DNA of 64,000 nucleotides from Anaerolineales bacterium (GTDB lineage Bacteria; Chloroflexota; Anaerolineae; Anaerolineales; Villigracilaceae): NCBI GenBank assembly GCA_030834895.1, contig JAUQXA010000004.1, positions 24,442 to 88,441 of the forward strand, in the 5' to 3' direction. Below the pieces are notes generated by a model, which saw only the letters and a list, made by a program, of their open reading frames with translations, searched no databases and was not told the DNA's origin. Below, piece by piece: positions 9,016 through 19,452 of the stretch (position 1 is the first letter of the stretch; every line of letters starts with the position of its first letter). A program made the position numbers and the translations under genes.

Positions 9016-11760
9016 TCACTTCACTTGGTGTAAAAATTTAGCCGCTGATTGAAATATTTCCACTTGCTTTATTAAGGATGGATCTCTTACTTCTTTCGCA
9101 AGCGATTGCGCTTGGGACAATGTTTTCAAGGCGTTTTCCCGCTCCCCTGCTGATCTATAAGCATTGCCTTTTTCAATAAGGGAATGGATTGCAGCGCGCA
9201 AATCTCCCTTTACTTTGTATAGTTCGACCAATTTACCTTGGTACATATTGACGAGAGAAGATTGACCCAATAATCCTGCCCAATATACTACATCTGCACA
9301 ATCATCTATTTGATGGTCGATTTCGCTTCGGTATTCAGAAATTCTTTCCAAAGCAATGCTCATGTTAAGCAACGCATATTGGTAATTTCTTGCCTCACTT
9401 TTTTCCAAGCCCTTCATTTCCACAGTTGTGGCAGCGCTCCAGGAATCGAGTTTTTCTTGTGCTGCAGGCAGGTACTTGTGCATGATCTGTGCCAGTTTTT
9501 TCGCTAAAACATCTGGGGGCATATCATATGAAGCGGCGATCTGACCTAATCCATCTGTATTTTCTAAAACTTCAGACGGGCTGACAAAAACCGATGTGCA
9601 AGCCAGTGCTTGAACAAATAAATCATCATGTTCAGAAAGGTGGCTTCTTACAGCCAATAGTCCAGCAAGCGCATATAAATTAGCAAAACTAGACCTGGCA
9701 TAGTTTTCATATTGCCAGGACAGGTGATACCTTGTTTCCTCCACAGTAAAAGGTACTACTCCAAAATCCGTAACTCCAAAGAAGCCTGCGTGCATATCAG
9801 TAATAAAACCTGCTGCGTCACTTTCTTTTATCACATCATGCTGGTAAAGTAGCCAAATGATCTTTTGAAAGACGCTGAAATATGAAATAAGGTAATACGG
9901 CGGTGTTTCCCGTGTAAAGGCCGGGTTTCGGAGAGAGCGAATATACCGTCTAGTTAATTTGAGAAAGCGGTCTCCTGTGGATTGATTTGGCTTGGATCGT
10001 GGAGTGGAGTTATGCTCCACAGGTTGAGAGGGAGAATCTGCCGCAGGGTGTCTTTCCAGCGGGAATTGGGCAAATACAATTTTTAACCACGAACTCAATG
10101 CGCCATCTTGTAGGGACCTGGTTTCCCCAGACGGCGTTTCCAGTTCGCCGTCTAGCGAGTGGTCATCTACTATCCGGACAATCGTTTCGCGATCGGTTTT
10201 ATCCATCGTTCTTTTACCGATGGCATCTTGATTTACATGGGGAATGGGGTGAGTTGACTTAAGCCTTTCAACGTCGAATTCGATCAAGGTAATGATGGTG
10301 TTGTAAAGGGTCCGCCATTCCTCATCGCTGCCCAGGTGCATTTGATTTAGAATCTGACCGGCGCGTTTGTTATCGAAAGTAAGAGATATCGAAAGGCGGT
10401 TAAGCTCGCCTGTATTGACGAGCCATAAGGAAGAACTGAGACGGATTGATTTTTTGTTTTTGGGATCATATCCGTAGATCGCAACTGGACAAGCTCCATT
10501 TCCAATCAGGGATGCTTGATCTTCCTGCAAGTTAATCTTGAATTTGTTATTTCCGTCTACATGTTCATCCAGCGAAATTTCCAAATCTTTTTCCAAGGAA
10601 AAAACCAATCGCAGGTTGTAAATTGCGGCAGGCAGGGATTGGATTTCAAATTTTCCGGTAACGCTTTGCCCATTCAGGTTGACTTCCTGAAAATCAATAG
10701 GCAGGCTTTCGTTTTTATGTTCCTGTTCGGAGATCGGGCGCAGGGCGATTGAATCATCAAGCTCAACGGGTTCTGAATTTAGGAACTTGCCCAACAACAT
10801 TTCCAAGGGCTCTGATGAGTTGTATCGTTGCAGTACGAGTAATTCAAAATTCCCTTTGGCGCTGTCGTTTAACAATCCCGCTTGCGTGCAGTTTGCGCTG
10901 CCTGTCGCGAGAACCAATTCATTCCGGCTTTCAAACGCATAGACTTTGGCGTGGATATATCGCTCTTCTTCAAACACATAGAACTTTAACGGAATGCCCG
11001 ATTTGGCGAGCCGTTTTAATGCGGCAGGATCTCCACTGGCTTTATCATTCTGTAGAAGCAAATTGAATTTTCGAGGTTTGAACTTTTGAGCAAGGTTTTC
11101 GATGGCGCTAGCTTTGCGGTCTAAAAACGGGGAGAGGATAGTAATTTTTTCGACTTTTTGATCGCCCACGTACTCTTGTATCTGTTGCAACAAAGGTTTG
11201 TCCAATGAATTGAACAGACGAAAGGCCGCTGAGGGGGCGGGCTGTTCTATCCAGAAGCTTTCGCTACGGGCTTGTTTTAGCATCTCATCGGCTTGCTCGA
11301 AGCGCCCCCAGCGCTTCTGGACGGCAAGAATCGCATTCCACGCATCGAGAAAAATGGACTGGGATTGCGGTGCGTCGACAAACCAATCGAATTGCGTGAA
11401 TACTTCCAAATTATCGCCGTAGCCATGAAAGTTCAGGTTTCCGCTGCCGATCAGCAGGCGCGCTTGTTTTGATCCCAGCAAGAGAATCAGTTTGGCGTGA
11501 AAGGCTTGATGTACCCCAACTTTAAGCGGATTGACCAGATACCGCCTGCCAATATAGCCTAATGCATCGCCCGCTTCTGATATCGTTTCCTGGTAACGGT
11601 CGGCATCCATGAAGATCAAGTTGTTGCGGCAATTGGCATTCCAGAAACGGCTCAGTAACCCCTGCTCATAAAACGCCAGATTTGCACCATAGGTGAGAAT
11701 TACGCTGGTGTGATACCCGTCAAAGGTGGAGATAGATTCCAGGATGTTGATATGTTTCAT
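9016..11760 (-). CDS. Phospholipase D-family (HKD-like) nuclease with long helical/TPR-like C-terminus
   Basis: Two half sites FHAK...IGSGNL and IHAK...TGSAN; ILSPF; TPR-like C-terminal helices. Confidence 0.75.
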   Translation of the reverse strand: MKHINILESISTFDGYHTSVILTYGANLAFYEQGLLSRFWNANCRNNLIFMDADRYQETISEAGDALGYIGRRYLVNPLKVGVHQAFHAKLILLLGSKQARLLIGSGNLNFHGYGDNLEVFTQFDWFVDAPQSQSIFLDAWNAILAVQKRWGRFEQADEMLKQARSESFWIEQPAPSAAFRLFNSLDKPLLQQIQEYVGDQKVEKITILSPFLDRKASAIENLAQKFKPRKFNLLLQNDKASGDPAALKRLAKSGIPLKFYVFEEERYIHAKVYAFESRNELVLATGSANCTQAGLLNDSAKGNFELLVLQRYNSSEPLEMLLGKFLNSEPVELDDSIALRPISEQEHKNESLPIDFQEVNLNGQSVTGKFEIQSLPAAIYNLRLVFSLEKDLEISLDEHVDGNNKFKINLQEDQASLIGNGACPVAIYGYDPKNKKSIRLSSSLWLVNTGELNRLSISLTFDNKRAGQILNQMHLGSDEEWRTLYNTIITLIEFDVERLKSTHPIPHVNQDAIGKRTMDKTDRETIVRIVDDHSLDGELETPSGETRSLQDGALSSWLKIVFAQFPLERHPAADSPSQPVEHNSTPRSKPNQSTGDRFLKLTRRYIRSLRNPAFTRETPPYYLISYFSVFQKIIWLLYQHDVIKESDAAGFITDMHAGFFGVTDFGVVPFTVEETRYHLSWQYENYARSSFANLYALAGLLAVRSHLSEHDDLFVQALACTSVFVSPSEVLENTDGLGQIAASYDMPPDVLAKKLAQIMHKYLPAAQEKLDSWSAATTVEMKGLEKSEARNYQYALLNMSIALERISEYRSEIDHQIDDCADVVYWAGLLGQSSLVNMYQGKLVELYKVKGDLRAAIHSLIEKGNAYRSAGERENALKTLSQAQSLAKEVRDPSLIKQVEIFQSAAKFLHQVK

Positions 11761-13475
11761 CCGAGCATCCCCAGTACTTTGTTTAAAGTCTCCTTGCCTC
11801 TTTTGCTTAGACGCGGAACATTCTCATCATTGAACTTGATCAACCCCAAATCCCTCAACATGGAATATGCCTGTGGAAACCGCGATGCGGTAAAACCATT
11901 TCCATCCATGCGCAAAAATTCATAAACCCCGTTGTTGTCAGAAAAATGGAAAGTATTAACATTACGCTGGCGCCATTTTTCGAGAGCAGTGATTGTATGC
12001 TGGATAACAATGTAATCCCGAAAAATCCAACTCATGAAATCAAACAGCGAACTTCCATTCTGCACCAAGTCATCCGTGCGTTCCATAAACAGCGACATGG
12101 AGCGCCTCCTTGTCCCACCTTCTTTTGCCCAGTTCCATGCGGCAACCTTGTCGGTAAGAAAAATGCCCCTTAACCGCAAATAGATTGAAAGTAAAACAAG
12201 TAAGGAGAGCAGCATACATTCTTCATGCGAAGTTTCTTCGTCGTAGATGATGTCCGCCAGCGCCTCTTCCTTAAGTGGAGTCTGGAACGTAGTAGAGTAG
12301 GCAATGCACGCAGCATCGAAATCTTTATCCATGCAGCCGCTTTGCTCCAGAACGGTCGTGATCAGCTCACACAAGTTGATTTGGGATAACACTCCGGCTT
12401 TCTTCATCTTCAATGTTGAATTTATGCGGGATGTGTCTGTGCCATCCAGATGATTCAAGAATTGTTCAAAGGTCAGCGGTCCCTTGCTTCTCAGTGTATC
12501 GAGAAAATACCGCCAAACCACGTAGAGACAATAGACATAATACTCGCGCAATTGAAACATTTGCCAATGTGCTAACACGGGTTTGAGTTTTGGTCGTGGA
12601 CGGTAATCCTGAAAGTCACGGCAGGCGCCGTAGAGGGCACAACGCCTGAATTCATCATCGTTGAATTGCTTTTTTGTTTGATCGAGCATATCGAGCATCA
12701 AGCTAAGAGACAACGCCATGTTACCCAGCCGTGGTAGGGACAATTGTGGGTCAGGGAGCATGTGCTTGGCGTCCAACCCAAATAAGGTTTGCAGGGTGGG
12801 TTGGCTATCGGGGGCGTCTGCCAACTCGGAGAGGTAGCAGACCGAGCCGTATTCCGTTAGCACATCGCGGTGAATGAATTTTGCCGTATCGAACTCACGG
12901 CGTTTTTTGTAATAGACCGTTCCCTTAATGGCTTTTTCAAATGCCTGCGCAAGGGCTTTCGATTTGGGCAACAATTCCAAATCGGCGGTTTCGTCTTCAG
13001 GTTCTTGAATGATTTCCAAAGAGCGCATAACGCCAATGTATTGCCCATACCCACCATACGTAGCTCCAATATAATCATCATTGTTGAGGAGAATCTGTTT
13101 TTCTTCGCCAATTTCGGATAAAACTTGAGAAAGCTTTCTGGAACCAATCATTCCGCCGGTGCGATCGCCGTATCCACTTTCCATGTCGAAAAACAGGTTG
13201 GCAAGTGCGAAGACCTGTTCGCGGCGTTTGACAAATTTTGCCAACGACATACCCGCTGGGTGTTGTAATTGGTATTCATGCAACAGCCAACTATAGAACG
13301 AATAATAGCGCGCACGGGGCGTGATCGTAATAATGCCCGGCAGCAGGTAATCGGTGATATTGCCCTGCACCGAACGTAAACCGAGGAAATCTTCCCCCGA
13401 ATCGTCCGAGTAGATTTTCTCAATCCAACATGGCTTATTTTCAGCGCTAAAAGTCTTATTAATGGACTTTTTCAT
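11757..13475 (-). CDS. DUF6361-like protein, partner of the PLD protein
   Basis: DFLGL...LLPGIITITPRARYYSFY N-terminal motif, Y.G.M..L motif, C-terminal LRDLGLI; 4-bp overlap with the PLD gene. Confidence 0.6.
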   Translation of the reverse strand: MKKSINKTFSAENKPCWIEKIYSDDSGEDFLGLRSVQGNITDYLLPGIITITPRARYYSFYSWLLHEYQLQHPAGMSLAKFVKRREQVFALANLFFDMESGYGDRTGGMIGSRKLSQVLSEIGEEKQILLNNDDYIGATYGGYGQYIGVMRSLEIIQEPEDETADLELLPKSKALAQAFEKAIKGTVYYKKRREFDTAKFIHRDVLTEYGSVCYLSELADAPDSQPTLQTLFGLDAKHMLPDPQLSLPRLGNMALSLSLMLDMLDQTKKQFNDDEFRRCALYGACRDFQDYRPRPKLKPVLAHWQMFQLREYYVYCLYVVWRYFLDTLRSKGPLTFEQFLNHLDGTDTSRINSTLKMKKAGVLSQINLCELITTVLEQSGCMDKDFDAACIAYSTTFQTPLKEEALADIIYDEETSHEECMLLSLLVLLSIYLRLRGIFLTDKVAAWNWAKEGGTRRRSMSLFMERTDDLVQNGSSLFDFMSWIFRDYIVIQHTITALEKWRQRNVNTFHFSDNNGVYEFLRMDGNGFTASRFPQAYSMLRDLGLIKFNDENVPRLSKRGKETLNKVLGMLG

Positions 13476-13500
13476 CTTTGGTTTATTTGATAGTAAAAAT

Positions 13501-14610
13501 TCACTTTTTCAGTTTTCCTAATAATTCCCTAGATTTTCTCAAGGTAGGCGTTTTAGGCTTAGTCTTCCCATCGTTGACGAAACGATCTGCAATCACAAGC
13601 GCGATTTTCAATCCTTCTTCGTTCAAAGCATTCGTTTCTAATTTACCCTCAATATAGTCAATGATACTGGTACGCGCAACAAAGTAGCTCATTGTTGAAA
13701 ACGCTTCGAGCGTTTTGAGGCTATCCTCATCATCAAGACGAATGATGGATTTGACGCAATCCAGTTTTACTTCCCAGGCAGGATATGTGCTGGCGGGCAA
13801 AAAGACAGAACTCGTGTACCCAGCTCCACGACTGATAAACTTTCGTATTGCCTTTCCAAACCCCGTTGAGGCTTTGGGAAGATTTTTGGCTTCACAAAGT
13901 ATTCGAATATGATCAGCGGATAGTATTGTGTTGTTGTCGTCCTCTCCCCAAGTTGCAATCCACTCCTGCAACAATTCGGTCGAGGCGGTGGGAAGGATTT
14001 CTGACCAGGCATTTTCGTCAAGCGCGTTCAGAAGCTCCAACCCATTGACTGCCCGTTTTCGAGCGGAGGTCATTTCATCTTTCTTTTTTGCGATAGCAAG
14101 AAAGGCTTTAATCAGTTTAGCGGGGGCAACCCCTTTGAAACGTTCCTTTATTCCATTTGGGCTGTTCCGAATTATATATTCTGTAACTTCAGCTTCCAAA
14201 TCCTTTTCAGTATTGGAGTGGGTGTTTATTGCACGAAGTAAACTTTCTCCACTACCTATTTCAAAGTAATTGACCCATTGAAGGTCTTTCAACTTGAATG
14301 GGACCTCACATTCATCCAAACGAATAGGAATGATATAAATTTTGCCTTCAGGCATAAGGTCGGCGACTTCAAGCGCACGGCGCAATTCTGTTTGGACGAA
14401 TCCCACCTTATCCACAGAATGGCTAGAAAGGCAGGCGAGAAAAATATCGCTGGACTGTATAGCTTTTTCAATCTCCATTTTCCATTCCTGCCCAGGGACA
14501 AGTTTCTTGCGATCAAGCCAGACCGAGTGACCTTCGCCAACCAACGAGTCATGAATCTTTTCAGCAGTTTCTTCATCTTCCCTTGCGTATGAAAGAAATA
14601 TTTTCGCCAT
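13501..14610 (-). CDS. TIR-domain protein with helical (HEAT-like) C-terminus
   Basis: MAKIFLSYAREDE...VWLD...GQEW..EIEKAI...FVQTEL (catalytic Glu present), IPIRLD. Confidence 0.85.
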   Translation of the reverse strand: MAKIFLSYAREDEETAEKIHDSLVGEGHSVWLDRKKLVPGQEWKMEIEKAIQSSDIFLACLSSHSVDKVGFVQTELRRALEVADLMPEGKIYIIPIRLDECEVPFKLKDLQWVNYFEIGSGESLLRAINTHSNTEKDLEAEVTEYIIRNSPNGIKERFKGVAPAKLIKAFLAIAKKKDEMTSARKRAVNGLELLNALDENAWSEILPTASTELLQEWIATWGEDDNNTILSADHIRILCEAKNLPKASTGFGKAIRKFISRGAGYTSSVFLPASTYPAWEVKLDCVKSIIRLDDEDSLKTLEAFSTMSYFVARTSIIDYIEGKLETNALNEEGLKIALVIADRFVNDGKTKPKTPTLRKSRELLGKLKK

Positions 14611-14645
14611 TGCTGCTCCCGATGTAAAATCCCGATCATCCTCTT

Positions 14646-15479
14646 TTATCTGATGAAAATACTGCCCAAGATAATTGCAATCAATACAACGGCGACCAGA
14701 ACAATCTTTTGCCACATTCGCATATACCGCCAATCATAGCGGGTTTCGTTCCATTGTTTTGCGAAAAAACCAATCACCCACCCAAAGAATACTCCTAATG
14801 CAACAAAAAGTACTTGAATAATCCAGCCAGCTGCCTTAATATCGGTTTGAGAAGCGGTGATTTTGGCGTTGCCGATAAACAGAGCGACAATCCCTCCAGT
14901 GATGGCGCCGATCCATCCCGCAGGCGGATTCGAGATCTCCTGCCTGTGCAATTGCTTGAGCTGCTGGATGGTCACGCCCTCACGAACGGATGCAGGAACC
15001 GTATGCTCATCCTGCCGCATGAAAACGGTATATTGGGTGAATTTTGCGTTGGGAGTTATCAACTCCCGCTTGGTTTCATGTAGGTCAAAAGTTGGGGGGA
15101 TTGTGATTACAAATAACTTTACCCCATTGACTGGAACAAGCTCACAACTAATGCCCACGACCGCGGGCGAACTGGCACTCTGCAACCATTTGACCAACTC
15201 GCTCTGTTCAGGAACTTTGTAATCGACATCATGTAAAACCCGCGTCCCATTTTCGTCAAACTTCTCGTCATCAGCTCCAATAATTAGATGTTTCGTCTTT
15301 CGGATAATGTTGCTATTACCGTTTGCCAAGCCGAGAATATCTTTGAGCATCTCGTCGCGTTGTTTTTCAACGAGTTTCCCATCGGATTGATACAGCTTTA
15401 GTGTGCTCTTAAAGTCGAACCAATCCTTTTCTTTTGGTTCATGTAATAATTTGTTGAGAGTTTTTTCATCCATTGGCAC
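14646..15479 (-). CDS. Schlafen/AlbA_2-domain protein with three C-terminal TM helices
   Basis: EKDWFDFKS, KDILGLANG, LIIGADD; three hydrophobic segments at the C-terminus. Confidence 0.75.
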   Translation of the reverse strand: MPMDEKTLNKLLHEPKEKDWFDFKSTLKLYQSDGKLVEKQRDEMLKDILGLANGNSNIIRKTKHLIIGADDEKFDENGTRVLHDVDYKVPEQSELVKWLQSASSPAVVGISCELVPVNGVKLFVITIPPTFDLHETKRELITPNAKFTQYTVFMRQDEHTVPASVREGVTIQQLKQLHRQEISNPPAGWIGAITGGIVALFIGNAKITASQTDIKAAGWIIQVLFVALGVFFGWVIGFFAKQWNETRYDWRYMRMWQKIVLVAVVLIAIILGSIFIR

Positions 15480-15487
15480 AACCTCTG

Positions 15488-16303
15488 TTACTCACTACGG
15501 AGCAACCCGCCGACGCGGGGATCACCACTCCCCATGAGGCAGGCATGGGCTACGGAGGAAAACTCTCGGTCTGGATGTAGCATTGTACGAATTTGTTGTG
15601 CTTTTTCTTTGAATTGCTGGCGGGCAATCGGGCTACGTGTTCTTTGATAGCCTTCCAACTCAGCCAGGTATTGCTGAATGGCATTCCAGCATTCAGTCCA
15701 GACCAGCTTTCTTTGATCCACCAAAGGCGGATACTCGTTGAGGTTATACCTTTCGATGGAATAGCCGACCCGTTCGAGGTCCCAGTCATCGGTAATACCA
15801 GGTGCAGGGATCGCATTGCCGTTGAGGTCGAAGGAAAGCAAGGCGGGGTCATCGGGATCGGCGGGATCCAAAAGCATCGGTTCTTCCAGACGGACATCGC
15901 CAAGAGGCGGAATTCGTTGACAGCCTTCCCGAAGGGGGAAAAAGGTACCTTTCTTTCGATTAGGGACACTTCCACAAATGCGGAAATTCGTCCAATCGAA
16001 AGCCAACCACCAGTAACAATCAGTATGGACTGTTCCATCCTTATCCTTTGCGGACTTCTTCGGACGAAAGTGCTCAACTTCCCAATGGTTGATACAATCC
16101 TTTGCCTCAGAGAACCAGCATTTGCCGTGTGAGAGCGAAAGTAGCCATTCCTTCAATTCTCCCCACAGTTTATCGTTATCATCAATGATCTTCTTGCGAG
16201 CAGCAGCATCAGGCGCCGCCTGCATCTGCAAGAGGAGCGCATTCGCCGCATCAAGCCAGTCCTGGTCGGTTGGCGCATGTTCCCGCAATGGAATATACCG
16301 CAT
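15488..16303 (-). CDS. HNH endonuclease (PtuB/Septu-like)
   Basis: KCWFSE, VEHFRPK, YWWLAFDWTN, NRKK..FP, LLDP. Confidence 0.85.
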   Translation of the reverse strand: MRYIPLREHAPTDQDWLDAANALLLQMQAAPDAAARKKIIDDNDKLWGELKEWLLSLSHGKCWFSEAKDCINHWEVEHFRPKKSAKDKDGTVHTDCYWWLAFDWTNFRICGSVPNRKKGTFFPLREGCQRIPPLGDVRLEEPMLLDPADPDDPALLSFDLNGNAIPAPGITDDWDLERVGYSIERYNLNEYPPLVDQRKLVWTECWNAIQQYLAELEGYQRTRSPIARQQFKEKAQQIRTMLHPDREFSSVAHACLMGSGDPRVGGLLRSE

Positions 16304-17869
16304 CTACTTTTCTCCCTCGGATGCTTCTTCTGCCAATATCTCATCCAAAACTTCGTCAGCCAGTTTCGTCTGTTCTTCAATCTCGTCTTTTGACAAGGTT
16401 GTTTTTGGGTCAGGGATTCGCTTTGCCATTGCGTTGGCAAATTGATCAAAATACGGATTGGGATGTGAGTGTGAAACGCCCAAAGAATTTAGTTCCTGAG
16501 CCAGTTCCATCAACTCCTTTTTTTCTGCATCCGTTTTTCTCTTCTTACCAAGCAGGGAATAATGACGGTCGAGCTTCTCCAGAATTTCGGGCGCGAGCGT
16601 TGACCGAAGTCCATACAGCCCAGATTTCAATAAACCCTCGATGCCAATTGCCATCGGATCATATTCTGGCTCGGGAGCGACAGTTGTACCTTCCTCCTGG
16701 GCAAGTGTGCGGACTTGATTTTTGTATAAACTGCTGATCATGAGTGGATCATGCGTCGCGACGAGCAATTGACCTTTTTCGGCTCGTATATTGTCCTGGA
16801 GGAGTTTCAGGTACTCGTACGTCCAAATTGGGTTGAGATGAGTATCGGGCTCATCCAGCAAATAGAGCGACTCATCATCCTGGGTGAATAGGAGCAATCC
16901 CAGCACGGTGAGCAGTTGTTGCTCGCCTTCAGATAACTGATTGAAGGTGACTCGACTGCCGTCCTTCTTTCGCACCTTAACTCGAACTTCGTCGATCAGG
17001 TCGCACAGAAAAAGGCTTTCGAGATTGGAGAAGAAAAGTTTGGTTGATTCGTATTGCTGACGAAGAGACTCGAGTTGTTTTTCGTTCTTGATGAATAAAT
17101 AAATGCGTTCTGTAGTTTCACCGCGATGACGAACATCGCGTTCGACAGTTTCGCTATTTCGTATCGGAGCCAGAGCGTTATCCCACAACCGCCCCAAAAA
17201 TGGACGGAAAGCTCCCCTGGCGTTCCAGAAGCGGGGATCGATGATTTCATTCTCCCGCGCTTTGCCACTCCGCCCCCACCAGGGACGACGCATCACAAAC
17301 AAGGCGGTCTCGAAACTTTCTATTTCAAGATAATCGCGCAGCAATTGCTTTGCTTTGGGATCGTTTTCCAGAAAGAAGGCGAGCAAGACCAATTGGCTGT
17401 ATTCTTTGCGGCAGAAAAAGAATCGGCGTAGGGGCATGTCATCGTCGGCATTGCGCAGGACTTCGTCGTAGTAGCGACGCGTCTTTTCGTCGAATTGTTT
17501 TTCGAGTCGACTGCTCCAGCCAGAGTAATATCCAAAGATATATTGAGGTAGGTAACGATCCCTGTTTCTGTTGAACTCGGTCAGACTCACAGCCTTACCA
17601 TCCGCTTTGATGCTCAATCTGCGCTTTGCATTCGGATCAGCATCCACTTCAATCGAAGAGTTGTAGCAGGTATAGCGGATCGAGTAGGCAAAGGAGGGAA
17701 CTTTTCCAGACTCCAACTCTCGAAATATTTCAACGATGGCTTCCAGCAGATTCGACTTGCCCGAACCGTTATGTCCCAATAGCACAGTAGTGGATTGGCT
17801 CTCGTCAAAATTGATCTCGAAGTTGCGGAGGTTGCGATAGGCAGGGATTTTCAGCCAATCGATTCTCAT
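16304..17869 (-). CDS. ABC/AAA ATPase (PtuA-like, restriction-system associated)
   Basis: Walker A GHNGSGKS, signature LSEGEQQ, Walker B LLDEPDTHLNP, H-loop ATHDP. Confidence 0.9.
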   Translation of the reverse strand: MRIDWLKIPAYRNLRNFEINFDESQSTTVLLGHNGSGKSNLLEAIVEIFRELESGKVPSFAYSIRYTCYNSSIEVDADPNAKRRLSIKADGKAVSLTEFNRNRDRYLPQYIFGYYSGWSSRLEKQFDEKTRRYYDEVLRNADDDMPLRRFFFCRKEYSQLVLLAFFLENDPKAKQLLRDYLEIESFETALFVMRRPWWGRSGKARENEIIDPRFWNARGAFRPFLGRLWDNALAPIRNSETVERDVRHRGETTERIYLFIKNEKQLESLRQQYESTKLFFSNLESLFLCDLIDEVRVKVRKKDGSRVTFNQLSEGEQQLLTVLGLLLFTQDDESLYLLDEPDTHLNPIWTYEYLKLLQDNIRAEKGQLLVATHDPLMISSLYKNQVRTLAQEEGTTVAPEPEYDPMAIGIEGLLKSGLYGLRSTLAPEILEKLDRHYSLLGKKRKTDAEKKELMELAQELNSLGVSHSHPNPYFDQFANAMAKRIPDPKTTLSKDEIEEQTKLADEVLDEILAEEASEGEK

Positions 17870-19452
17870 GTCGCCTCCAACATGCGCGGGGAATCTGGGT
17901 CGGACGAACGAATCTCCCGCAGATGACCTTTTGCTTCCTCAACTTTCAACTGATCGTAAAAGTCGTCGATCTCCAACTGTGACGCCGACCAAAGGGCTTC
18001 TGATGTCATCCTGCCGCGCTCTTTGAGAATAGCAGAGAGATGATTCTCCTGGATTTCACTGAGTTTGAGCATACGGACCTCTTTCGTGGATCGGTCTTTC
18101 TTTCTGGATGGCTTTTTGCTTGTTGAACTCGCTTGGTCTGCTTCCCTTGTTTGTCGGATTCTCTCCAACAGCATGGATGCGGGTTCATCATTCGGATCCT
18201 GTTCGACCAACTCGCCGCGGAAGGCTTTCGCCAGCAGGGATGGGGTTAACTGCTCGACCAACGCGTAACTCGTTCCATAGCGCTTTTCGAGACGGTCGGC
18301 GAAGGCGAATAAGGTTTCGACACGGCGCACGATTTCGGCTTGTTCTTCAAGGGAAGGCAAATCCAAAGAGATGGCTTTCACTTCTTCCGAGTTGATATTA
18401 TTGACGCCACTTGTTGACCTTGCAGTTAGTTCTATGTGGCTTCTGATGGCTGGACTAGATAAATAATGGCTGATATAGCGTGGATTTACTTTTCCCTTGT
18501 CAAAGCGCAAGCGGATAAGATAACCAGCATACAGGAAGCCTTCAAACTCTTTATCTACAATCGCCACTTTTCCAACCAGTTCGACACTGCCGTTTGAGCG
18601 AATGAGAAGTAAATCATCAGCCTTTAGCGATAAGGTTTCAATTTCTTTCTTATCAAAATGTGAAAATTTTAAATCGGAGGCATCAACTTTTCCATTGACA
18701 ACATTTGGAATACGAAGAACAGGCGTGCCGTCCTTAAGTTCGTAAACGCTTTTCCTGGCAGTTCCATATCGGATATCAATGAGCACATCACCAAGAGAGT
18801 AATTCTCCCATTCTCCATCAACTCCCTTTTCCTCTCTCCACTCCTCCGTCAAGCGGCCTGACGTAGCCGCGGCGAGCACGGACTGGCGGAAGCGTTTGAG
18901 AATCTGCGGAACGCGCTCCAGATGTGATTGGCATGAGTCTACGCGGGTGAGCAGGGTATCGAGTTTGTCGGCAATGCGTTTTTGTTCGTTGAACGGGGCA
19001 AAGGGCAAAACTACGTCTGCTAATTTTTTAGCATTTACATTTGCAAGCGCAATACCAGCAGACGCGTCAGAAATTTGTCGCCAATAATTTGGAGATTGAA
19101 GAAAGCAAGCAATGAACTTCGGATTGACTTCTGAATTTGGAATGTAACGAATCAAATACGAAGCAAACACAGCAGGAGTTGAGGGAATATCTTGAATCAA
19201 AACACTAAATCCAACAGACCCTGCCCGTGAGATCAATATATCTCCCGATTCGATTTTGTATTTTTCAACGCTTGGCGGATTGTCTTGGCAATAAGGAACC
19301 GTATCCCAATTTATTCGACCAGATGTTATGTCAGTCGTCCGTAAATATTTGACTCGCCCATTGTCGGTAGCCTTTGAAGTCCATCCATATTGTCCTTGCG
19401 ACGCAACATCGCCCAAGGTGGTTTTTATCCAACCAATGGGCAATTCACTCAT
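17866..19452 (-). CDS. hsdS: Type I RM specificity subunit with extra C-terminal domain
   Basis: MSELPIGW start, two TRDs, conserved PFNEQKRI and PSLEEQAEIV helices, AFRGELV.QDPNDEPAS, then ~80 extra residues. Confidence 0.92.
   Translation of the reverse strand: MSELPIGWIKTTLGDVASQGQYGWTSKATDNGRVKYLRTTDITSGRINWDTVPYCQDNPPSVEKYKIESGDILISRAGSVGFSVLIQDIPSTPAVFASYLIRYIPNSEVNPKFIACFLQSPNYWRQISDASAGIALANVNAKKLADVVLPFAPFNEQKRIADKLDTLLTRVDSCQSHLERVPQILKRFRQSVLAAATSGRLTEEWREEKGVDGEWENYSLGDVLIDIRYGTARKSVYELKDGTPVLRIPNVVNGKVDASDLKFSHFDKKEIETLSLKADDLLLIRSNGSVELVGKVAIVDKEFEGFLYAGYLIRLRFDKGKVNPRYISHYLSSPAIRSHIELTARSTSGVNNINSEEVKAISLDLPSLEEQAEIVRRVETLFAFADRLEKRYGTSYALVEQLTPSLLAKAFRGELVEQDPNDEPASMLLERIRQTREADQASSTSKKPSRKKDRSTKEVRMLKLSEIQENHLSAILKERGRMTSEALWSASQLEIDDFYDQLKVEEAKGHLREIRSSDPDSPRMLEAT

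Noticed and set aside
15488-17869. Retron (type I-A) effector pair
   Set aside because: No reverse transcriptase or msr/msd region nearby; the pair is coupled to hsdS instead
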